From an uncultured Actinomycetes bacterium (GTDB taxonomy: Bacteria; Actinomycetota; UBA4738; JBBDTT01), in the NCBI GenBank assembly GCA_963742735.1, contig CAVUMN010000004.1:416001-480000 (forward strand): DNA of 64,000 bases, written 5' to 3'. The first letter of the stretch is position 1. Each line of letters opens with the position of its first letter. Shown one piece after another: positions 52,773-62,523 of this stretch. Both the position numbers and the translations under genes were made by a program. The notes below the pieces were generated by a model. It saw only the letters and a list, made by a program, of their open reading frames with translations. It was not told the origin of the DNA and did no database searches.

Positions 52773-54704
52773 GTGTCCCGTTTGCGCCTCCCATCCATTC
52801 TGATCCTTCAGGTCCTCGTCCTGGTGGCGGGCGGCCTCGGGGTGACGAGCGGGCTGCCCTCGATCGAGCCGGCCCAGGCGGTCACGCAGCCGAACATCAT
52901 CGTGGTTCTCACGGACGACCAGCCGTTCGACCTGATCCCGCAGCACCCCGGCGTGATGCCGTGGGTGGAGGGCCGGATCACCGATCCCGACGATCACTGG
53001 ACTCGCTTCGACAACGCGTTCGTGAACACGCCGATGTGCTGCCCGGCTCGGGCCACGATGCTGACCGGGCAGTACTCACACGTCACCGGCGTGCAGTCGA
53101 ACGAACCGGCGCAGTGGAAGGCGGCGTTCGGCACGGGGACCACCAGCCTGGCCACCTCGCTGCGAACCGCCGGATATCGCACGGGGCTGTTCGGCAAGTA
53201 CTTCAACGAGTACACCATGCCGGCCGACGGCCACGTGCCCCCCGGCTGGGACCGCTTCGTCGCCCACGACGGCATCACGGGCTTCTATTTCAACTACGAC
53301 GTGCACGACCAGAGCGTCCGCGTGCATCACGGGACGGCTCCCGAGGACTACTCGACCGACGTGTACGGCGGCGAGGCGGTCGAGTTCATCCAGAGCACTC
53401 CCGTCGACACGCCGTTCTTCGCCTACTTCAATCCCGTGGCCCCGCACGAGCCCGCGACCCCCGCGCCCCGGCACGACGGCCTCCCGGCGCTCCCGCACGA
53501 TCTGCGCGACGACCCGAACTTCAACGAAGCCGACGTCTCGGACAAGCCGGCGTGGGTACGCAACCGCGGGCTGGCGGGCGCCACCGTCATCGCGAACGAG
53601 AACGAGCTGTGGCAGGACATGTATCGGTCGCTGCGGGCGGTCGACGAGCAGATGCAGGACATGGTCGAGGCCGTCGAGGCCCGTGGTCAGCTCGACAACA
53701 CCGTGATCGTGTTCATGACCGACAACGGGTTCTCCCTCCGTCACCACCGCCTGCACGGCAAGGCCTGCGCCTACGACGCCTGCACTCGGACGCCGCTGTT
53801 CGTCCGTCTCCCGGGGCGTCCCGGCAACCAGGTTCGGAGCCAGATCGTCAGCAACATCGACATCGCCCCCACGCTCGCCCAGCTCGGCGGGGCGACGCTG
53901 TCCAAGCCGCCGGACGGCCGCAGCCTGGTCCCGCTCATCGACGACAACGCGACGGCGTGGCGGTCCTCGGTGCTGCTGCGATGGGGAGGATCGCAGTGGG
54001 TCCCCAACTGGTGGGCGGCGCGTTCGCTGCAGTACCTGTACGTCGAGTACGACGCCGGCGGCGAGAAGGAGCTGTACGACGTCGTGGCAGACCCCTTCAT
54101 GTTGCAGAACCGGGCGGGACAGGCGGCGTACGCGGCCGCCCAGTCCTCGATGGCGGCGACGCTCGCGTCTCTGAAGAGCGGGGGGTCGACCGACACGACG
54201 AAGCCGACGATCTCCATCACGACCCCCGCCGCCAGCGCGACGTACACGCAAAGCCAAGTCGTGAACGCCCAGTACTCGTGCGCGGACGAGGCCGGCGGCT
54301 CGGGTCTCGCCTCGTGTGTGGGCACCGTGCCGAACGGCTCCGCGATCAACACCTCGACGACCGGAACCAAGACGTTCACGGTCACCGCGCGGGATGTCGC
54401 TGGGAATCAGCGGACGGCCTCGAGGACGTACACCGTCACCTCCACCTCGCACTCGATCACGATCACCAAGAGCGGGGCGGGCAAGGGGTCCGTCCGCTCG
54501 TCAGACGGGCTCATCGTGTGCGGCAGCGACTGCGCCCAGACCTATTCCACGCCGAAGACGATCACGCTGACCGCGACCCCCGCCTCGGGCTCCCGGTTCG
54601 TTCGGTGGACCGGCAGCGTGCCCGCCGGCTGCACGACGCAGCGCACGTGCACCCTGACGGTGCAGGGCTCGATGACGGTGAACGCGAGGTTCGCGCCCGT
54701 CTGA
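52773..54704 (+). CDS. Secreted Cys-type sulfatase with C-terminal Ig-like/B-repeat domains
   Basis: Signal peptide, PNIIVVLTDD, CCPARATMLTG (CxPxR), GKY, PH, TDNG, T-rich beta domains (LTATPASGSRFVRW). Confidence 0.92.
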   Translation: MSRLRLPSILILQVLVLVAGGLGVTSGLPSIEPAQAVTQPNIIVVLTDDQPFDLIPQHPGVMPWVEGRITDPDDHWTRFDNAFVNTPMCCPARATMLTGQYSHVTGVQSNEPAQWKAAFGTGTTSLATSLRTAGYRTGLFGKYFNEYTMPADGHVPPGWDRFVAHDGITGFYFNYDVHDQSVRVHHGTAPEDYSTDVYGGEAVEFIQSTPVDTPFFAYFNPVAPHEPATPAPRHDGLPALPHDLRDDPNFNEADVSDKPAWVRNRGLAGATVIANENELWQDMYRSLRAVDEQMQDMVEAVEARGQLDNTVIVFMTDNGFSLRHHRLHGKACAYDACTRTPLFVRLPGRPGNQVRSQIVSNIDIAPTLAQLGGATLSKPPDGRSLVPLIDDNATAWRSSVLLRWGGSQWVPNWWAARSLQYLYVEYDAGGEKELYDVVADPFMLQNRAGQAAYAAAQSSMAATLASLKSGGSTDTTKPTISITTPAASATYTQSQVVNAQYSCADEAGGSGLASCVGTVPNGSAINTSTTGTKTFTVTARDVAGNQRTASRTYTVTSTSHSITITKSGAGKGSVRSSDGLIVCGSDCAQTYSTPKTITLTATPASGSRFVRWTGSVPAGCTTQRTCTLTVQGSMTVNARFAPV

Positions 54705-54717
54705 TAGGGAGGGACCG

Positions 54718-54960
54718 ATGGCTGACGAGGACGTGCTGTCACGGATCAACGAGCTGGCGGGCGAGGAGCACGCGCTGTTCGAGAAGGAGGGGACCGGCTC
54801 GGCGACCGAGGACGACCGCGCCCGGCTCCAGCGCCTGCAGGTGACCCTGGATCAGTGCTGGGACCTCCTGCACCAGCGCCGCGCCCGCCGCGACGCCGGC
54901 ATGGACCCGAAGGACGCGAAGGTCCGCGACGCCTCCACAGTCGAGGGCTACGTCGACTGA
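54718..54960 (+). CDS. DUF2630 family protein
   Basis: LDQCWDLLHQRRARR...VEGY. Confidence 0.9.
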   Translation: MADEDVLSRINELAGEEHALFEKEGTGSATEDDRARLQRLQVTLDQCWDLLHQRRARRDAGMDPKDAKVRDASTVEGYVD

Positions 54961-54969
54961 GCTTCCCGT

Positions 54970-55353
54970 CTATCGGTACGGCCGCTCGAGCTTGGGAAAC
55001 ATCGGGAAGTGGCGGACGTTCTGCGTCCAGAGGGGGATGTCGAGGTGTTGGGCCGTCGCCGCGATGACGTAATCCACGACGTCCACGCCTGGATGGGTTC
55101 GCAGATACCGCCGGGCCAGTCCGCCGGCGCGCTCCGCGATGGCGTCGGAGACGTCGACCCACACCATCAGCCCGAGCAGCCCCCGCGTGGCGGCCTCCTC
55201 TCCCCGGCGGACGCCGGCGAGGACCTCCACCTTGGTCAGGGCCGAGGCGAACAGGGGCTCGTCGGCCTCGGTCTCCTGCCCCAGGAGGTCGCGGGCCTCG
55301 GCTCGACCTCGCAGGTGGTCGACCAGGATCGAGGTGTCAACGACCGCGGCGAT
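54970..55353 (-). CDS. vapC: VapC PIN-domain toxin
   Basis: VVDTSILVDHL, EVLAG, DYVIAATA, LWTQNVRHFP. Start codon uncertain. Confidence 0.9.
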   Translation of the reverse strand: MAAVVDTSILVDHLRGRAEARDLLGQETEADEPLFASALTKVEVLAGVRRGEEAATRGLLGLMVWVDVSDAIAERAGGLARRYLRTHPGVDVVDYVIAATAQHLDIPLWTQNVRHFPMFPKLERPYR

Positions 55354-55594
55354 CGCGTTCCTCCGCCCGGCGGCCCAGGCCGCGCCGGAGGCGGGAGACG
55401 TACGCGGCGCCGCTCTCGGTCCGGCCCTGCCACGCCCCGAAGCTGTCCGCCAGCGGCGAGCCACCGGCCCCGGCGTAGGTCCGGTCCACCGCCCGTCGAA
55501 TGAGCTCGGCCATCGACACGCCGCTCTGACGCGCCAGCGCGGTCAGCTTCGCGTACTGGTCCTCCTCGAGCGTGATCTGGGTGCGCCTGGCCAT
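55337..55594 (-). CDS. CopG/RHH antitoxin
   Basis: MARRTQITLEEDQ...GVSMAELIRRAVD...FGAW, overlapping vapC. Confidence 0.88.
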   Translation of the reverse strand: MARRTQITLEEDQYAKLTALARQSGVSMAELIRRAVDRTYAGAGGSPLADSFGAWQGRTESGAAYVSRLRRGLGRRAEERDRRGR

Positions 55595-55614
55595 GTGATG
55601 TAATCCTACATCAC
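55595..55614. promoter_or_regulatory. Toxin-antitoxin operator palindrome over the -10 element
   Basis: Perfect inverted repeat GTGATGTA-ATCC-TACATCAC directly before the antitoxin ATG. It contains TAGGAT (-10) on the minus strand. Confidence 0.8.
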
Positions 55615-55637
55615 TGTGTCCCCGCTGACGTCTTCGG

Positions 55638-56315
55638 TCAAGCTGGAGGTGTCGTCGGCTCCCAGTCGCCGCCGGCAGACGCGTACCACTGCAGGCTGTT
55701 CGACCGCAGGATCCAGTGGCGTCCCCCGCGCTCGAAAGCCAGCGCATACAGGGCCTCGTTCATCTGGTCGGGGGTGAGCGCGCCGGCTCGCAGCTGTCCC
55801 AGCAGGGCCATGAACTGAACCTCGACCTGCCCGAACCGAGGATCCAGGGGGGGCTCCGGCGGGGCGGCCGGAGGAGCGGGGAACGTGGGCGGGGTAGGTG
55901 CGGCGACCGGGGAGGGCGCGGCGACGGGGGCCAGGGCCTGTTGGGGCCGTACGCCGGCGAGGAAGGTGCCGGCCGTCATTCCCGTCGAGCGCCACTCGGC
56001 CAGGTTGCCACCCATGTCCACGATCTCCTGGATCAGCTTCTCGGCGCTCGACTTCGGAACGCGGACCGCGACGACGCAGGGCGAAGCGTCGATCAGCGCC
56101 TTCGCGTCGTCCTTCGACAGGCCCAGCAGCTGCATCAACGTGCCCCGTAGGCGGAGCTTGGGTCCGAGGCCGGACTCCAGCAGGGTCACATTGAACAGCT
56201 CCTCCTCGGGAGGGGGCTGCCAGCTCTGCCCCGTCCAGGACGAGCCGTTCCACCACTGGAACCCGGTGCCGGCGGCGTCGGGGTAGTACCCGGGCGGGGA
56301 TTTGGCCTGCGACAT
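55638..56315 (-). CDS. DUF2510-like plus L7/L12-CTD-like domain protein
   Basis: PPGYYPD...QWWNGSSWT, FNVTLLESG..KL..LGLSKDDAKALIDASP...AEKL, a Pro-rich linker and a W-rich C-terminus. Confidence 0.75.
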   Translation of the reverse strand: MSQAKSPPGYYPDAAGTGFQWWNGSSWTGQSWQPPPEEELFNVTLLESGLGPKLRLRGTLMQLLGLSKDDAKALIDASPCVVAVRVPKSSAEKLIQEIVDMGGNLAEWRSTGMTAGTFLAGVRPQQALAPVAAPSPVAAPTPPTFPAPPAAPPEPPLDPRFGQVEVQFMALLGQLRAGALTPDQMNEALYALAFERGGRHWILRSNSLQWYASAGGDWEPTTPPA

Positions 56316-56392
56316 GGGTGCGATGGTGAGGTCCCGGTCCGCTTTGCGCAAGGCGCCCCTCCGGCCCGTGCGGGCGCGTATAACTCAAGGTG

Positions 56393-57337
56393 ATGGCCGA
56401 CGGACGCGGGTTCTTCGAGGCGATCGCCGAGCGCGTCGACGAGCGGCTGTACGGCGTCCGCGAGCCGCTGCGGCTGGTGCTCGTCGGCATCCTGGCCGAC
56501 GCCCACGTCCTGATCGACGATGTGCCCGGCGTCGGGAAGACCACCCTGGTCAGAACGCTCGCGGGACTGCTCGGCCTGCGGTTCCAGCGGGTGCAGTTCA
56601 CGCCCGACCTGATGCCGTCGGACATCACGGGGGCGTCGGTGCTCGACCTGGCCACGAACGAGTTCAGGTTCCGCGGGGGGCCGGTGTTCACCCAGGTCCT
56701 GCTGGCCGACGAGATCAACCGGGCCACCCCGAAGACCCAGGCCGCTCTGTTGGAGGCGATGCAGGAGCGCCAGGTCACGGTCGACGGCGTCACGCACCCG
56801 CTGCCCGACCCGTTCTTCGTCCTGGCCACGCAGAACCCCGTGGAGCTGGAGGGGACGTTCCCGCTGCCGGAGGCGCAGCTCGACCGGTTCCTGCTGCGCG
56901 TGGCCATGGGCTACCCCAGCCAGGAGGAGGAGGAGCGTCTGCTCGACACCGCCCCGGCCCGCCGCGGCCTGCCGGCGAACCCCGTCGCCGAGGCGGCGTG
57001 GCTGCCCGAGCTCCGGGCGGCCGCGGGGGCGATCCGTATCGAGGAGCCGGTCCGACGCTACGTCGTGGCCCTGGCCCGAGGCACGCGCGAGCATCCCGAT
57101 GTGCAGGTCGGCGCCAGTCCCCGCGCCGTCGAGCACCTGGGCGACGCGGCCCGGGTCGCGGCCCTGATCGACGGCCGCGAGTACTGCCTGCCCGACGACG
57201 TGAAGGCGCTGGCCCGTCCGGTCCTCGCCCACCGCCTGGTGCCCACCGTCGACGCTCGGATCCGGGACCGCACGGCGACGGACATCCTCGAGGAGGTGCT
57301 CGAGGCCGTGCCGGTCCCCGTCGAGTCGGTCGGGTAG
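56393..57337 (+). CDS. MoxR family AAA+ ATPase
   Basis: DVPGVGKT, RVQFTPDLMPSD, LADEINRA, ATQNP, PEAQLDRF. Confidence 0.95.
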   Translation: MADGRGFFEAIAERVDERLYGVREPLRLVLVGILADAHVLIDDVPGVGKTTLVRTLAGLLGLRFQRVQFTPDLMPSDITGASVLDLATNEFRFRGGPVFTQVLLADEINRATPKTQAALLEAMQERQVTVDGVTHPLPDPFFVLATQNPVELEGTFPLPEAQLDRFLLRVAMGYPSQEEEERLLDTAPARRGLPANPVAEAAWLPELRAAAGAIRIEEPVRRYVVALARGTREHPDVQVGASPRAVEHLGDAARVAALIDGREYCLPDDVKALARPVLAHRLVPTVDARIRDRTATDILEEVLEAVPVPVESVG

Positions 57338-57434
57338 GCCCGCCACGGACACCCCCGAGCGCCGCCAGATCGCGCTGGGGACGGCGATCGTCCTGCTGCT
57401 CCTGTCGACGGCCACGGGCAACCGCCTGGTCCTC

Positions 57435-58494
57435 ATGTGGGCGCTCGCGGTGGGGACCATCGCCGCGGCGGCGATCGCGTGGACCCGCCTGGCCTGGCGG
57501 GGGGTCGAGGTCTCGGCCCGGTTCCGTCCCGCCCGGGCGTTCGCCGGTGAGCCCGTTCGGCTGCGAGGTCCGGATCACGAACGCGAAGCGGTTCCCCCTG
57601 CCCTTCGTGGCGGTCCGCGCCCTGCTGCCCCCGGGGCTCCGCGCGGACGAGACGGGGCCCGCCGCGCTGCGGGGCTTCGAGCGCCGGTTCGCCCTGGGGC
57701 CCCGGTCGGAGACCACCCTGCAGCTGCCGGTGGAGGCGCTGCACCGGGGCGAGTACTGGCTGGAGAAGGTGGTCGTCGACCTGGTGGACCCGTTCCGGCT
57801 GGCGCCGCTGTTCCGGGAGCGAGTCCCCGAGGCCGACCTGATCGTCCTGCCCGAGCCGCGGGTGTCCGTTCCGGTCGACGTTCGCCGCCGGCTTCCGTTC
57901 GGCCGCCCGGCGCCGGCCGCGCGGATGTTCGAGGACCGGGAGCGCTTCGCCGGGGTCCGCCCCTACGAGCCGGGCGATCCGCTGAATCGCGTCCACTGGA
58001 AGCTCTCCGGCCACTCGGGGCTGATCCAGGTGAAGCTGTTCGAGCCGACGCGCAGCGCCGAGGTCCTGCTGGTCCTCGACCTGGCCGTGGGCGAGCCGTT
58101 CTGGGACTCGATCTATCCCGAGATCGCCGAGGACACGATCGGGTGGGCCTCCTTCATCGCCCGTGACGCCATCGAGTCCGGGTGGCGGGTGAGCCTGGCC
58201 GCGAACACTCACCTGTCGCGGGGCCGAGGGCCCTTGCGGGTCCGGGCCCGCCAGGCCGCGAACCACGAGGCCGCCGTGTTCGCCTCGCTGGCGCGCATGC
58301 CCGCCGACCCCACCGCCGACGCCGGGCCGGTCCTGCGCGAGGCGTCGCGAGGCCTGGCCCCGGGGGCCTCGGTCGTGCTGATCTCTCCGCGCCCGGGGCC
58401 GCGCCTGCGCATGGAGGTCGACGTCCTGCGCCGCCGCGGCGTGGAGGTCGTCCACGTCTCGCCCCTGGACCCCCTGGGCAGGGCGGTGGCGTGA
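57435..58494 (+). CDS. DUF58 domain protein, frameshifted near 57564
   Basis: RGEY...DPFRL, FAGVRPYEPGDPLNRVHWKLS. The N-terminal TM part is in another frame, and the start is uncertain. Confidence 0.85.
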
Positions 58495-59813
58495 GCGGGA
58501 ACGAGGAGCGCGCTCCCGCGATGGCCGCGGCGGCGCTCGCCGCCCTGGCCGAGTCGATGGTGTGGTTCTTCCCCGTCCGGTTCGTGAGCGGGTTGCTCGG
58601 AGGATGGCTCGAGCCGACTTTGCCCCACCTGGCCCTGTTCTCGCTGGCGTTCACGGGGGCCGCCGTCGCGGCGGCGCGGTTCGGGGGCGGGCCGATGCTC
58701 CCGGCGGCGTTGCTGGTGGCCTCGGTGGGAGCCGGTGTGGCGCAGGGCGTGGGACTGCAGACCGCGCAGCCCGGCGGGCTGATCGTGGGGATCCTGGTCG
58801 CGCTGGGGCTCGGAGCCCGGGCGGGCTCGCTGGGGCTGCGCGACTGGCGCGAACCGATCCGGCTCTCGTTCGGCCTCGGTGCGGTCGCGCTCCTGATCGA
58901 GACGGTGGGCTCGGGCTTCGCCCAGGAGGCCGGCCGGCCGCTGCTGGCGGTCGCCCTCCCGGTGTTCTTCCTGGGCTCGCTCGGCTCCCGCGCGGCGAGC
59001 GTTCGGCTGGCCGACGGCTGGCGGGCCGGCGACGGGCGCCGGATCGGGTGGCTCCTCGGGGGGCTGGCCGGCGTGATGGTGCTGGCGGCGGCGTTCGGGG
59101 GCGCGGGCGGGCTGTTCCAGGGCCTGGGGAGCGTCGCCTGGCCGGTGCTCGGGGCCGTGTTCGGCGCCCTCCTGTGGCTGTTCGCCCAGGCCGCGCGGCC
59201 GGTCTTCTGGCTGCTGTCCAAGCTGAGCTTCGACTTCTCCCGGCTCCAGGAGGCGCTCGAGGACTTCCGCGCCGACGTCGGGGAGGGGTCGTCCTCGGAG
59301 GCCGCGTCCGAGTCCGGCATGGTGGCGCGCATCCTGGGGCTGTTCCTGATCGTGTCGCTGGCCCTGGGCCTGCTGTTCGTGTTCCGCCGACTGCGGGCGC
59401 GAAGCCCGACGGTGGGCCGTGCGCCGGCGCGCCCCGTCGTCGAGGAGGTGGAGCTCGAGCCGCTGGCGGCGGACCGGGGGCGCGGAGGCCGTCCGGGCGG
59501 GCGCCGGGGGCGGCTCCCCTCCGAGACGGTGCGCCGGTGGTACGCCGAGGCGCTGACGGCGTTCGCTCGGCTCAGGCTGCCCCGTCACCCGGCACGGACC
59601 CCCGCCGAGTTCGCGGTCGAGGTAGCCGGCGTCTACCCCGCCGCCGCCCCCGCGTTCGCGGAGCTGACCGCCGCCTACGAACGGGTTCGGTACGGCAACC
59701 TCACCGAGGAGGCGGGCTCGCTGAAGCGCCTCCGCGAGGCGCGCGGGGGGCTGCTGCGCGAGCTGAAGTCGGCCGAGCCGGTGCCGGAGGACGAGCCGGG
59801 CTCAGACCGTTAG
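58491..59813 (+). CDS. DUF4129 domain membrane protein
   Basis: Multiple TM segments, C-terminal VRRWY...RTPAEF...LTAAYERVRYG. Confidence 0.85.
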   Translation: MSGNEERAPAMAAAALAALAESMVWFFPVRFVSGLLGGWLEPTLPHLALFSLAFTGAAVAAARFGGGPMLPAALLVASVGAGVAQGVGLQTAQPGGLIVGILVALGLGARAGSLGLRDWREPIRLSFGLGAVALLIETVGSGFAQEAGRPLLAVALPVFFLGSLGSRAASVRLADGWRAGDGRRIGWLLGGLAGVMVLAAAFGGAGGLFQGLGSVAWPVLGAVFGALLWLFAQAARPVFWLLSKLSFDFSRLQEALEDFRADVGEGSSSEAASESGMVARILGLFLIVSLALGLLFVFRRLRARSPTVGRAPARPVVEEVELEPLAADRGRGGRPGGRRGRLPSETVRRWYAEALTAFARLRLPRHPARTPAEFAVEVAGVYPAAAPAFAELTAAYERVRYGNLTEEAGSLKRLREARGGLLRELKSAEPVPEDEPGSDR

Positions 59814-60080
59814 CCGGGCTCGCAGCTCGTCGTAGTACTCCGGGAAGTAGCTCGCGATCCGGTCGAGATCGAAGTAGTCGAGGATGCTCGTCGCCGGCTC
59901 GCGCTCCAGCAGGAACTCGAACGACTCCCGGACGATCCGCTCCGGCTCCACGGCCCCGAGCCCGAGGTCCTCGATCATCGCCTTCGGGACACGGACGCGA
60001 TGGGCCGTCCGGTTCCCGCCGTCGGTGACCTCGACGCCGAAGCTCCCGCCCATCGGCGTGACGCGGATGCGCTCACTCAC
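59802..60080 (-). CDS. Conserved small hypothetical protein
   Basis: VRESFEFLLEREPATSIL..FDL..I..YFPEY. Confidence 0.8.
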   Translation of the reverse strand: MSERIRVTPMGGSFGVEVTDGGNRTAHRVRVPKAMIEDLGLGAVEPERIVRESFEFLLEREPATSILDYFDLDRIASYFPEYYDELRARLTV

Positions 60081-60139
60081 TCCAGGGTCATCCCCACGAG
60101 CGGAGCGAGCCACGCGCGAGCGGGGTAGCGTTTCGGGCC

Positions 60140-60907
60140 ATGGCGAAGGTCGAGGTCGAAGACCGGGGGGCGGTCCGGGTGCTCCGGATCAACCGGGCCG
60201 AGGTCCACAACGCGGTCGACGGCGAGACAGCCGGGCAGATCGAGGCGGCGATCGACGCGTTCGGGGCCGACGACGCGGCGCGGGTGATGGTGGTGACCGG
60301 CGCGGGGGACAAGGCGTTCTGCGCCGGCGCCGACCTGACGGACCTGACCGGGATCGGGATGCGCGCGGGCAAGGACCGGTCCTCGCCGATGGGTTTCGCG
60401 AGGCTGGACCCCGGCAAGCCGACCCTCGCCGCGGTGAACGGCTACTGCTTCGCGGGCGGGGTGGAGCTGGCCGCGTGGTGTGACTTCCGGATCGCCGACG
60501 AGCGCGCCGAGTTCGGCGTCCTGAACCGGCGGTGGGGGATCCCGCTGATCGACGGCGGAACCCAGCGGCTGCCCCGGATCATGGGCCTCGGCAACGCGCT
60601 GTACCTGATCGCGGCCGGGGTCCGGATCGGCGCGGCCCGGGCTCTGGAGCTCGGACTCGTCCAGGAGGTCGTCCCGGCCGGGACCTCGGTCGAGCGTGCC
60701 CTTGTCCTGGCGGAGGCCATCGCGTCCTACCCGCAGGTCGGGCTCCGCGGCGACCGGGCCGCCGCGCTCGCCGGGTTCAACCTGGACCTCGCCGAGGGCC
60801 TGAACCGTGAGGCGGAGATCGGCGACATCGCCCTGACGGACCCCGAGCTTCCCGAGGCGATCGCGCGCTTCGCCGGCCCCAACCGGCCCGAGTCGCCGCG
60901 GGGCTAG
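60140..60907 (+). CDS. Enoyl-CoA hydratase/crotonase family
   Basis: AFCAGADL, KPTLAAVNGYCFAGGVEL, DGGTQRLPR. Confidence 0.93.
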   Translation: MAKVEVEDRGAVRVLRINRAEVHNAVDGETAGQIEAAIDAFGADDAARVMVVTGAGDKAFCAGADLTDLTGIGMRAGKDRSSPMGFARLDPGKPTLAAVNGYCFAGGVELAAWCDFRIADERAEFGVLNRRWGIPLIDGGTQRLPRIMGLGNALYLIAAGVRIGAARALELGLVQEVVPAGTSVERALVLAEAIASYPQVGLRGDRAAALAGFNLDLAEGLNREAEIGDIALTDPELPEAIARFAGPNRPESPRG

Positions 60908-61317
60908 CTCCCCGCGGGGACCTCCTGGAGGATCCAGGTGTTGCCGTCGGGGTCGGCGAAGTCGGCGAACGAGTTGTAGCGCGAGTGGTCCGGGTCGACG
61001 CCGGGCTTCCATCCCTCGCCGGTCATGTGCCGGATGTCGCTGACCTCGACGCCCCGGCCGGTGAGCTCCGCGTGCGCCGCCTCGATATCGGTGACGACGA
61101 GGTGGGTGCCTCGGTAGGAGCCCGGCGTTGCGTCCGTGATCCCGATCCCGATGGTGATCGAGGCCGCCGAACCCGGCGGGGTCATCTGCACGACCCGAAA
61201 GTGCTCGTTGGGCTGATGGTCGACGTCCAGGTTGAAGCCGAGCTTCTCGGTGTAGAACGCTTTCGCCCGGTCCACGTCGGTGACCGGGATCAGCACGAGC
61301 TCGAGCTTGTAGTCCAT
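60904..61317 (-). CDS. VOC/glyoxalase family protein
   Basis: PVTDVDRAKAFY, FADPDGNTWILQE. Confidence 0.92.
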   Translation of the reverse strand: MDYKLELVLIPVTDVDRAKAFYTEKLGFNLDVDHQPNEHFRVVQMTPPGSAASITIGIGITDATPGSYRGTHLVVTDIEAAHAELTGRGVEVSDIRHMTGEGWKPGVDPDHSRYNSFADFADPDGNTWILQEVPAGS

Positions 61318-61338
61318 GGATTCCTCCTCTGAGGGTCG

Positions 61339-62523
61339 CTACGCGACCGTGTCGCGGGCCAGCCTCAGGGCCTCGGCGAAGACGTCCTTCGCCGGGACGT
61401 CGGCTTCCCGCGCGATCCTCGCGCAGTCCTCGAACTCGGGGGCGACGCTCACCACGCGGCCCTTGCGGCGGCCGATCTTCACGCCGACCGCTCCGTAGGG
61501 TGTCTCGACCTTGATCTCCTCGCGTTCGAGCGCTTCCTTCTCCAGCTGCTGCGTCCGGATCCCGAGGGTCCCGGTCTCGGCGAAGACGATCTCCTTCATC
61601 GCCTCGGCGCGGTCGGGGGAGCACAGGACCGACAGGGTCACGCCCGGGCGCCCCTTCTTCATCACGATCGGGGTCAGCCACGCGTCCTGCGCGCCGGCCG
61701 CGAACAGCCGCTCCAGGACGTAGCCGTAGAGCTCGGGGTTCAGATCGTCGAGGTTGGTCTCCAGGACCAGCTCGCCGGTCATCGGCGAGGGCTCGGCCGC
61801 GGCCTCGAGGTGCTCCTCGCCTACGATGATCCGCAGCACGTTCGGGAAGTCCAGGCGATGCGTTCCGGCGCCGTAGCCCACGCCCTCCAGGCGCATCTTG
61901 GGCATGTCGCCGTAGCCCTCCGACACCGCGGACAGGATGGCCGCGCCGGTCGGCGTGACCAGCTCGAAGGGCACGCCCTTCGAGAACATCGGCGCCCCCC
62001 GCAGGAGCTCGACCACCGCCGGGCTGGGGATGGGGGCCATGCCGTGCTCGGTCCGGTGCATGCCGAAGCCCGTCGGGACGGCCGAGGCGAAGGACCGCTC
62101 CACCCCGAGCATCGACAGCCCCACCGCAACCCCGACGATGTCCACGATCGAGTCGAGCGCCCCGATCTCGTGGAACGTCACCAGCTCGATCTCCTTGTTG
62201 TGGACCTTCGCCTCGGCCTCGGCAAGGCGGCGGAAGATCCGGTGCGCGGTGTGCCGGGCGTCCTCGGGGAGCTCCGACTGGTCCAGGAGGGCGCGGATGC
62301 TCGCGTACGTCCGGATGACGCTGGCCGCCGGGGCGTCGACGTCGACCTTGATCGCCCGCACGCCCTGGACCTCGACCTCCTCGCGGGTGATCTCGAACGG
62401 CTCGATGGCCAGGCCCTCCAGGGTCGCGTTCAACTCGTCGAAGTCGGCGCCGGCGTCGATCAGCGCGCCGAGGGTCATGTCGCCGGCGATCCCGGCGATG
62501 CAGTCGAAGTAGGCAACTCTCAC
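61339..62523 (-). CDS. larC: Nickel pincer cofactor biosynthesis protein LarC
   Basis: YFDCIAGIAGDM, FHEIGALDSIVD, ELVTPTGAA, ETNLDD, MKKGRPG. Confidence 0.93.
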   Translation of the reverse strand: MRVAYFDCIAGIAGDMTLGALIDAGADFDELNATLEGLAIEPFEITREEVEVQGVRAIKVDVDAPAASVIRTYASIRALLDQSELPEDARHTAHRIFRRLAEAEAKVHNKEIELVTFHEIGALDSIVDIVGVAVGLSMLGVERSFASAVPTGFGMHRTEHGMAPIPSPAVVELLRGAPMFSKGVPFELVTPTGAAILSAVSEGYGDMPKMRLEGVGYGAGTHRLDFPNVLRIIVGEEHLEAAAEPSPMTGELVLETNLDDLNPELYGYVLERLFAAGAQDAWLTPIVMKKGRPGVTLSVLCSPDRAEAMKEIVFAETGTLGIRTQQLEKEALEREEIKVETPYGAVGVKIGRRKGRVVSVAPEFEDCARIAREADVPAKDVFAEALRLARDTVA

